Program-made: the position numbers and the translations under genes
Shown here: one piece after another, positions 52,591-60,228 of the stretch
Layout of the letters: the number at the start of each line of letters is the position of its first letter
Position numbering within the stretch: the first letter of the stretch is position 1
Source: a virus
Lineage: Duplodnaviria; Caudoviricetes
Strand: one strand, 5' to 3'
Virus record (IMG/VR): IMGVR_UViG_3300023283_000076
Coordinates: 1-64,000 of that record
Length of the DNA: 64,000 bases
The notes under the pieces: model-generated
Database searches by the model: none
What the model was told of the DNA's origin: nothing
The model's input: only the letters and a program-made list of their open reading frames with translations

Positions 52591-53250
52591 TTGTATTTTT
52601 CCATGTTGATATTGTGTACAAGTATTTTTTATGTTATACTGAGGGTTCAAATTATATTGGAGAATATAAAAATGATTAACAAGATATATAATATTGTTAG
52701 TATGGAAATGGATAACTCTAGGGTACGTTTTAACTACACTTCTAAGGTTACTATTGCGATATGGTTGACTCTAACTGTAGAGGTGTTTATTCATGTTGCA
52801 AGTGCGTTTCTATTTTTAGAAGTAAATAATGATGGCCACATTTATAGTGATGTTACTTTTAATCAATTTGCATTTTTATTAAATATTTTCCCATACCTGT
52901 TACTTTGTTTATGCAGTTTGATTGTTTTAATTGATAAGATTATTGGCGTATTAACTTCATTTATTACTGAGGATGATTATGTAGAAGAGCATTTCCTTTC
53001 TAGCCGGATTATTGGTGTTCCTTCTTATGAAATTGAAAATATTTTATTTTTACAAACGATATATATGGTATTATATATTACCGTGATGCCAATATTGTTT
53101 TTAGTTGTATTTCCGTCATGGATTCCACTTGTTGTAATAGTAGGCGTTATTGTTGGTGTAATGTATCTGGCGAGATTTTCATATCGTTTGAGTAAGCGAT
53201 TAAGGACACATATTAATGATCCTAATGCACATACAAAGGAGAATGCATAA
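52591..53250 (+). CDS. multi-TM membrane protein (probable start near 52672)
   Basis: Hydrophobic; C-terminus THINDPNAH shared with the next gene. Confidence 0.7.
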   Translation: MYFSMLILCTSIFYVILRVQIILENIKMINKIYNIVSMEMDNSRVRFNYTSKVTIAIWLTLTVEVFIHVASAFLFLEVNNDGHIYSDVTFNQFAFLLNIFPYLLLCLCSLIVLIDKIIGVLTSFITEDDYVEEHFLSSRIIGVPSYEIENILFLQTIYMVLYITVMPILFLVVFPSWIPLVVIVGVIVGVMYLARFSYRLSKRLRTHINDPNAHTKENA

Positions 53251-53729
53251 TGTTTAATAAGATACTTAAAATATTTAACGATGATATTTCGTTTTTACAA
53301 TTTATAGCAGCAGTGACTGGTCCGGCTTCAGGTATAGCCATGGCCATGTTAATAGATCTTGATAAAAGTTCCAGTTCTGTAATTGTTACATCTGTTCCAA
53401 TGTTTTGGTTTATGCTGCTAGCTCTAATTACAGCTATTGTTAAGATTGGAGCTATGTATGTAGAATATGCTACCAGAGGTGAGTATACTATTCCTTCTGA
53501 CTGGATGTTATTTGATGATAAAGGTTTGTTGCATAGTTTGACTCTTTATTGGTATATACTCGTATTGACCACATATACTCTTATAGTCTTGTATTATACA
53601 CCATTATCTATTACAATTGGAATATTGTTAATTATAGGATTGACTGCGTTATCGAGATTCGTGTTTGGAATCATGGGTAAACTCGATACTCATGTTAATG
53701 ATGCTGATGCACATTTGAAGAAAAAATAA
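53250..53729 (+). CDS. multi-TM membrane protein; paralogue of the upstream gene
   Basis: THVNDADAH C-terminus; remnant at about 45655-45795. Confidence 0.7.
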   Translation: MFNKILKIFNDDISFLQFIAAVTGPASGIAMAMLIDLDKSSSSVIVTSVPMFWFMLLALITAIVKIGAMYVEYATRGEYTIPSDWMLFDDKGLLHSLTLYWYILVLTTYTLIVLYYTPLSITIGILLIIGLTALSRFVFGIMGKLDTHVNDADAHLKKK

Positions 53730-53833
53730 ACAAGGATATTTAAGAATGTTTTATATAATTGAATATTTCTATTGTTGTATGGATGTTGCAATAAAGTCTT
53801 GTATTTTTAGTCATGTATTCAAAGGAATAAAGA

Positions 53834-54979
53834 ATGAAATATTTTAGATTATCATATATAGTATTATTGTCATGTTTATTATTGTATAGTGAGGATGTTA
53901 TTGTTAAAGAATTATCTGTTAATGACGTTAGCATCATTGAACTATCGAATATATCTGAAGATAATTTAAAAGATATTGAGATAACTGTTTTTGGTCGATC
54001 ATTTACATTAGAACTCTCTAAAAACGTTGAATTGTTTTCCACATTGGTTTCTAATAATGGTGATGATTTATTTTTACGTGGAACGGTATCAGGTATTTCT
54101 AATTCTTGGGTTCGGTTGAATAGAATTGATGGAGATTTCAGTGGTGGATTCTTTGATGGTCAAGAACTCTATTTAATTGATCACAGTATGGGACTGACTA
54201 ATAATTCACTTAATGATAATACTATTGTATACAGATTATCTGATTTAAATATTCCATTTCATATTGATGATGGTGGTATTGAAAATATTTCTGTTAATGA
54301 TACAGAAAAAGATTATAAAACATTTATTGGACATTTACGTGAATTTGTTAAAATTCAAGAAACTGCTGTATTAGCATTACCTTTAACGATTGTCAGTGAT
54401 GTTGAATTTAATGATATTCATGGTGATAATGCTACATCTATAATAGCAGGTAGAATTAATTTAATTGATGGTATTTACACTAATCAATTAGGAGTTGGGC
54501 TTATATTTTATCATCATGAAATATTATCAGATAATGGTCCATTGATATCGAATGATGCATTACAATTATTAAGAACGTTTAGGACTTTTATGGATACTGG
54601 TATTGGGCAAGATATCCCCTTTGAAGGTATAGCTCATTTAGTTACTGGTAAGAATTTTGATGGTAGCACTATTGGTACTGCATTCATGGATGTTCTTTGT
54701 AGCAGTTTTGCTGGATACGGTGTTAATCAAGATTTTTCTAATGATACTACCAGTGCATTGATATTGGCACATGAGATCGGTCATAATTTTAGTGCTCCAC
54801 ATGATGGACAACCGAATTCTGCATGTGAAGATGAAACATTTAGGGGAATCATGAGTGCTAGTATTAATGGATCGCAACAGTTTAGTGATTGTAGTCTTGA
54901 TCGAATGGCGCAAGCAGTTTCTTCTGCAAATTGTTTAGTAGAACGTGGAGAAGTTATTTTTTCTGATGGTTTTGAATAA
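53834..54979 (+). CDS. secreted M12B/reprolysin-like zinc metalloprotease
   Basis: Signal-like N-terminus, AHEIGHNFSAPHD, IM Met-turn, FS.CS and C-terminal IFSDGFE. Confidence 0.85.
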   Translation: MKYFRLSYIVLLSCLLLYSEDVIVKELSVNDVSIIELSNISEDNLKDIEITVFGRSFTLELSKNVELFSTLVSNNGDDLFLRGTVSGISNSWVRLNRIDGDFSGGFFDGQELYLIDHSMGLTNNSLNDNTIVYRLSDLNIPFHIDDGGIENISVNDTEKDYKTFIGHLREFVKIQETAVLALPLTIVSDVEFNDIHGDNATSIIAGRINLIDGIYTNQLGVGLIFYHHEILSDNGPLISNDALQLLRTFRTFMDTGIGQDIPFEGIAHLVTGKNFDGSTIGTAFMDVLCSSFAGYGVNQDFSNDTTSALILAHEIGHNFSAPHDGQPNSACEDETFRGIMSASINGSQQFSDCSLDRMAQAVSSANCLVERGEVIFSDGFE

Positions 54980-55014
54980 TTGACATTTATAAAAAGCTAT
55001 GATAGAGTAAATGA

Positions 55015-55797
55015 ATGAGAATAATTTCAAAATATTCAGATTATTATGATTCGGTGATGGGATCAGGTTATGACCCTTCATTGATTTTCAAACGTAAAGG
55101 CGCTTTTGATGATCCTATTGATTCATATGTGAATTTTGATGATTCATTTGGATATAGAGCCACGGTAGATCATACTGATCAGGCTCGCTATCTTGGAACA
55201 AAGTTGAATCCTGAATATTTTGGATATGTTTATCTAGGTAATCGAAGTAAAAAACTTCATAATAATAGAATCATTTTAGAGAAGGCTTTCAGAGCACATT
55301 CCAAGAGAAATGTTACTATTATTGATAGTGTTTTTTACGTAATAGGTTTCTGTGGTAAGACATATGTGATTTATGAAATTGATTATAGCATAGACAATAA
55401 TCGATCATGTTTTCGAATAGTGAATAAAAAGAATAAATTATTTCAAAAAGTGGATAAGAAAAAACGGGACATGATTGTAGTAGGTGAAATTCCTGATTTG
55501 ATACGGGGAAATGTTCATGACATTTTTCTTTATCTTAATTGCCCTATTTTTCTTTTAGAGATGGTTAAATATAATAACAGAGTTAAAATAATTCGTAACC
55601 CGATCTTGAAAGATTTAGGATTTGCTGCTATACTTGATCCATATACTGCTTATCAGGAATTGTCTATGTACATGGGATCGGTGTTTGCACCATCTGAGCC
55701 TGATATGGTAGATATATCTGATAAAGACTTATCTGAGTCCAAGGGATTCAATGATTGGTCTTTTAAAAAGTATCCAACAAAAAGGAAGAGTAAATGA
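55015..55797 (+). CDS. conserved phage hypothetical protein; paralogue of 44865..45644
   Basis: Protein similarity. Confidence 0.8.
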   Translation: MRIISKYSDYYDSVMGSGYDPSLIFKRKGAFDDPIDSYVNFDDSFGYRATVDHTDQARYLGTKLNPEYFGYVYLGNRSKKLHNNRIILEKAFRAHSKRNVTIIDSVFYVIGFCGKTYVIYEIDYSIDNNRSCFRIVNKKNKLFQKVDKKKRDMIVVGEIPDLIRGNVHDIFLYLNCPIFLLEMVKYNNRVKIIRNPILKDLGFAAILDPYTAYQELSMYMGSVFAPSEPDMVDISDKDLSESKGFNDWSFKKYPTKRKSK

Positions 55798-55955
55798 TTT
55801 ATATATTTGGATTTGTTTCATTGTTATTGGTTGCAGTCACCGTATGGTGTTTTGCCAAAGTATGCAAAACTGATCGATATTCATATCGTGAAGTTGATGA
55901 CAATTAGCGCTTAACATTGGTTCTAATGGTTTTCACTGTGCTGTAGCTGTATTTA

Positions 55956-56213
55956 ATGGAAGAATGGAACATGACTGATATTATAAGTGGCGTAATCGAA
56001 GAACGTGGTAATGGTTTGCCTAGTGTTGATGATTATGCCTATCACAGCTTGACTAACACGGTCTACCGAATTGTTAACACTGGTTGTATTGTTACAGGAC
56101 GTGTTGGGCAGGGTAATTTAATGCATGTAAAACTAGAAGAATATGGTGATCCGTTTGATTTGACAGATGAACAATTTGATGATATTGTATGGGCTTTACA
56201 TTTAGAAGAATAG
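55956..56213 (+). CDS. hypothetical protein; paralogue of 44143..44415
   Basis: Protein similarity. Confidence 0.75.
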   Translation: MEEWNMTDIISGVIEERGNGLPSVDDYAYHSLTNTVYRIVNTGCIVTGRVGQGNLMHVKLEEYGDPFDLTDEQFDDIVWALHLEE

Positions 56214-56281
56214 TAAGTATTGACAGAAAAAAGTTGAAAAAAGTGTTGACAAAGAATAAATAAAGCGTTAGAATGGTTTCC

Positions 56282-57215
56282 AAGTTGGAGACAGAGAGTA
56301 ACTGAACCATATGATCCATAGTCATTTTCTCCGGTTGCTCTAGCGTAAATGTCTCCAACTTTTAATTAAGAAAAAAGAAGTACAGTTTTGGGCATGACCG
56401 TGATAGCTCATTGAAAGATGGGTAACGGGAAAGGTGCTACCCACCTTCCCGCCTAGAGAAATTTAGGTTGAGTCATGCAAGCCGAGACTCTGGAAAATTC
56501 GTCCATAATAATTCAGGCGGATTTCAGACGAAACGGGATGGTAGGTTAGACCGAGGCCAACTGGTAAGGTCGTTCTAAGGTGACGCTTAGTACCTACATG
56601 TCAACATCTTGAGCGTTGGAGAGTCAAAGGGTAGTTATTTGGTGTGAGTCTTAGCGGATAAATGCTGAATAGCAATGTTAACGGTGAGCTAAACCTTATC
56701 GTGAAACATGGTCGAAAGTAATCTTAGCGGATGAAACGGCAAACGGTGTTGTCATATTTCGTACCTCAAAAGGGTATGAAGTGATGGAGACGGCACATCG
56801 TTAGGTAGTTTGCAGTCTTTGTAGCTCAATAGGTAGAGCTACCGCCTTATAAGCGGTTTGTTGTAGGTTCAAGTCCTACCAAAGACCCATAATAGATAAC
56901 TGGGTTTAAAATGCAAAAGTCCGTCTCGGTAAAAGGTGAGCAAGGTAGTTAAGTCTACACTGCGAAAGCAGAATGTAGAATCTTTGAGGGCCGCAAGCTT
57001 GATAAGATTTGGTTAGAAGCGCACGTCGAGGGCCGTACAACCTTCGGGGGAAGCTGAAAGCCGAGTAGCCTTTTATGACAGCGCAAACGCTAGCGCTTTA
57101 CAAGACAGCACTACTTGATCGATAGATATTCGCAAGTGTTTTGCGCTTGGTTTATCTGGATAAGAAGTTAACTTTAGGTTTGCAGCCTGAAGGTACGGCG
57201 ACGAAAGGCGATCAA
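56282..57215 (+). ncRNA. large structured RNA locus, GOLLD-like candidate, with embedded tRNA
   Basis: About 930 nt without a credible ORF, dense hairpins, TTGACA-N17-TAGAAT promoter at about 56246-56274. Confidence 0.6.
56815..56889 (+). tRNA. tRNA-Ile(UAU)
   Basis: Cloverleaf, CT-TAT-AA loop; 3' end reads GAC-CCA, so the discriminator base appears missing. Confidence 0.85.
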
Positions 57216-57260
57216 TTTGTAGCAATAATCTCATGCTGCTATTTACTTTAACCTCAACAT

Positions 57261-57602
57261 ATGGTACTCTTAGTCATGGATAATTTACTCGATAGACAAA
57301 AGAATGATCTTGCAAACGAAATTACAACATTCATTACAAATATTACAGGAGTAGCTGTAGAACCTAATCCGAATGAAGGATTTGAATTTGTAGAGTACAG
57401 GAATTTTATTCCTAACAAACGATCAATTAATAATTCAATTAAAGAATTCAATATTCTATTTAATGTGCTATGTGAAAACGGATGGGAAGTAGATACTGAA
57501 ATAGAAGATTTTGATCTCGCTATCCATTTAACTAAAGCTCATTGTTTTGTTACTTTATCTATTTGTCGAAATGGATTACATGTTTTTTTTGAAGAGATTT
57601 GA
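57261..57602 (+). CDS. hypothetical protein; paralogue of 43478..43882
   Basis: Protein similarity. Confidence 0.7.
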   Translation: MVLLVMDNLLDRQKNDLANEITTFITNITGVAVEPNPNEGFEFVEYRNFIPNKRSINNSIKEFNILFNVLCENGWEVDTEIEDFDLAIHLTKAHCFVTLSICRNGLHVFFEEI

Positions 57603-57907
57603 TCATGAGTAATCAGGTAATTATTGATATTCGTCATTTCAGTGATGATATTATTATCTTGGCTGAAGATAATTATGGTAAAACGTTTCTTTCATTTACA
57701 CCAGACACCTACAAAAAATTTTCTAATGTAGAAGAACTTTTGTATGAAGTTGCGACCACACCCGAAATGGATGGATCGTTTTATATAGACCTTGAGGATT
57801 TTTCGGTCGTATGTGAATTATGTAACAGTGTAGAAGTGCATGGGTTTTATCCGCCGTCAGATGAACGTCACGATGAAGTTTTCGTGTATAATAATGACGA
57901 TGACTAA
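57599..57907 (+). CDS. hypothetical protein, right arm only
   Basis: ORF overlapping the upstream stop. Confidence 0.65.
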   Translation: MIMSNQVIIDIRHFSDDIIILAEDNYGKTFLSFTPDTYKKFSNVEELLYEVATTPEMDGSFYIDLEDFSVVCELCNSVEVHGFYPPSDERHDEVFVYNNDDD

Positions 57908-57939
57908 TAGGTCTATTTAGAAGAAATCTAAAGGATAGT

Positions 57940-58263
57940 ATGATGAACAACTTAAAACTTACTAAAGATGAATGTAAGCAATGGATTGAGGATTTGCGCT
58001 CTGGTGAATATAAACAGTGCAAGGGCAAATTGAAAACTGCAAATCAACATGGTGTATATTTTTGTTGTTTGGGTGTTTTGAAAGAGACACAGGATAAGCC
58101 TCGACATAAAGCTGTGGGGGGGGGTGAACAACAAGAGATTCTTAGTTATGATGTATTATCCAAAAACACACAACATACTCTGATAAAGATGAATGACGGT
58201 GGAATATCATTTTCAGAAATCTCAGATCATATCGAAAAAAGAATTTTGCCGCGTCGAAAATAA
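57940..58263 (+). CDS. conserved phage hypothetical protein
   Basis: WIEDLRSGEYKQ.KG.L....FCCLGVL. Confidence 0.75.
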   Translation: MMNNLKLTKDECKQWIEDLRSGEYKQCKGKLKTANQHGVYFCCLGVLKETQDKPRHKAVGGGEQQEILSYDVLSKNTQHTLIKMNDGGISFSEISDHIEKRILPRRK

Positions 58264-58335
58264 AATTAAAGAACCTATTGACAGTTAAGCAAACTTCGGA
58301 TATACTTTATTTCCAACAAAATTAGGAGAATTTAA

Positions 58336-59112
58336 TTGTATACTGGTTACAAGTCGAAAAATCTGTTGAGCGTAGGTGCAGATTCCAAAACGATCAAGAG
58401 TCTTAAGAAGGGTATCTTGACTGGTATTTTGTATCTCGCCCCGAATGACATTAGTGGTCATAATACATGTTCTAACGCCACAACGGGATGTAAGAAAGCA
58501 TGTTTGTATACTTCCGGGCATGGTCGCTTTAATAATGTACAAAAGGCACGTATTCGTAAGACTAAATGGTTTTTTGAAGAACGTGAAACCTTCATGGCAC
58601 AATTAGTAAAGAATGCTGAATCATTGGAGCGCAAGGCTTACCGTGAAAAGATGATACCGGCTATTCGTCTTAATGGTACAAGTGATATTCCGTTTGAAAA
58701 AATCCGTGTTGTTCGTCAGGGTGTTAATTATCGTAATATCATGCGAGCGTTTCCGGGTATTAGGTTTTACGACTATAGTAAAATCCTAGGACGTAAGATG
58801 GCTTTGGCAATGCCTAATTATCATTTAACGTTCAGTCTAGCTGAGGATAATGATACTCAAGCTGTTAAAGCATTGGGACAGGGTTATAATGTTGCTACTG
58901 TCATGCGTTTAAAGCGTAATGATCCAAAGCCTAAAACATGGGGTGGTTATCCTGTTATTGACGGTGATGAATTTGATGCACGTTTTCTTGATCCTGATGG
59001 TGGTCATATTGTAGCCCTATTTGCAAAGGCTGATGCTATACATGATACGTCAGGATTTGTTCGTGATCCTAATACAGGGTTTAATATTCCTATGAATGTA
59101 AAGGTGGCTTAA
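58336..59112 (+). CDS. GP88-family phage protein (intact copy)
   Basis: C..A..GC..ACL..SG.GRF, IRLNGTSD, FYDY.K and DGDE.D.RF.D. Confidence 0.75.
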   Translation: MYTGYKSKNLLSVGADSKTIKSLKKGILTGILYLAPNDISGHNTCSNATTGCKKACLYTSGHGRFNNVQKARIRKTKWFFEERETFMAQLVKNAESLERKAYREKMIPAIRLNGTSDIPFEKIRVVRQGVNYRNIMRAFPGIRFYDYSKILGRKMALAMPNYHLTFSLAEDNDTQAVKALGQGYNVATVMRLKRNDPKPKTWGGYPVIDGDEFDARFLDPDGGHIVALFAKADAIHDTSGFVRDPNTGFNIPMNVKVA

Positions 59113-59415
59113 ATGCAAACATCTAAAAGAGTACAAGTGCAGTATGACCAACTTAAATTGATTAATGCTGCAAAATATCTGGCCAAGTACAATAATATTG
59201 GCACTAAGAATCAAAACCGATCAGTAGATGATTGGTATCAAGATATTTTGAATAATATCAAACGTGCTGCTAAAGAAAAATTTGATATATTTTCTACAGG
59301 TGGTTACACATTGAATCTTGAAATTGATTCTTTTGATAGCTACCATGTAGATATAACAGTTTCTCCAAGTTTCGGAGATATTATTTTGAAAAGTACTGAG
59401 GTGTATATTCAATAA
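59113..59415 (+). CDS. hypothetical protein
   Basis: ORF in operon; remnant in left arm. Confidence 0.7.
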   Translation: MQTSKRVQVQYDQLKLINAAKYLAKYNNIGTKNQNRSVDDWYQDILNNIKRAAKEKFDIFSTGGYTLNLEIDSFDSYHVDITVSPSFGDIILKSTEVYIQ

Positions 59416-59759
59416 TGAATATTGTTAAATATAAGGTTACTGGTGAATTCGGGACATATAACATTGGTGAAGTTGTAGAATCAATTAAACTTATAGAAAC
59501 AGATAGTGGATTGGCTTTGTTATATCATCCAAGGGGTTCAAATGGAGATTGTGCAAGTTTGGAATATGCACAATATGATACCAAAGAAAATCTTTATGTA
59601 TCTGTTGATATCGTTGCTCAATACATCAATATTAATTCAGGAAAATTTTTGAATGAATTAAAAGCAAAATTAGATGAAATAAATTATCGGGACGTGTATT
59701 TAGATAAGAATAATAAAATACAAAAAGCAAATCAAAGTAAAGACAGCCTAAATGAATAA
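59415..59759 (+). CDS. hypothetical protein; paralogue of 41851..42213
   Basis: Protein similarity. Confidence 0.75.
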   Translation: MNIVKYKVTGEFGTYNIGEVVESIKLIETDSGLALLYHPRGSNGDCASLEYAQYDTKENLYVSVDIVAQYININSGKFLNELKAKLDEINYRDVYLDKNNKIQKANQSKDSLNE

Positions 59760-60006
59760 TGTAAACATGCATTATGTGAATATTATCATGCAGTATCTAT
59801 ATGATCGTGCTGCCACAGAAATGAAGTCGGTAACTCCCCGAGTAGTTTGGGGAGTGAATACTTTAGAAGAAAATGTAGATATCATTATAAAAGAATATGG
59901 ATTAGACTATCGTGAGGCATTTGACTTTGACGAATTTATGGACTCTGCTAGTTTTGTTGATCATAGCTTCGAAGATTTATTTGATTTAAAATATATTGAA
60001 AATTAG
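59752..60006 (+). CDS. hypothetical protein, right arm only
   Basis: ORF overlapping the upstream stop. Confidence 0.6.
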   Translation: MNNVNMHYVNIIMQYLYDRAATEMKSVTPRVVWGVNTLEENVDIIIKEYGLDYREAFDFDEFMDSASFVDHSFEDLFDLKYIEN

Positions 60007-60228
60007 GTTAATTTAATTTTTCCTATTTTAGAGCCTTTATCATAGATCCTACTCTCGTGTCAACCCATTTTTGTAAATAATAAATTAATTGCAAAAATGG
60101 GTTGACTATAACGGGATGCCATGGTATGATAGCGGCTCGTGAATAGGGAAATGAATTAGAAATTTCTCTTGTAAATCGCTAAAAATTTTGGTAGACTATT
60201 CACTCAACAAATATAGGAGATTTAACCA

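Noticed and set aside
56364-57100. Group I or II intron or IS element as the identity of the 737-nt insert
   Set aside because: No GUGYG/AY ends, no recognisable P7 or domain V, no transposase and no terminal inverted repeats.
57186-57212. Similarity to 23S CCTAAGG...CGAAAGGCG
   Set aside because: Short, and the CCTGAAGG part is not kept in the left-arm copy; likely chance.
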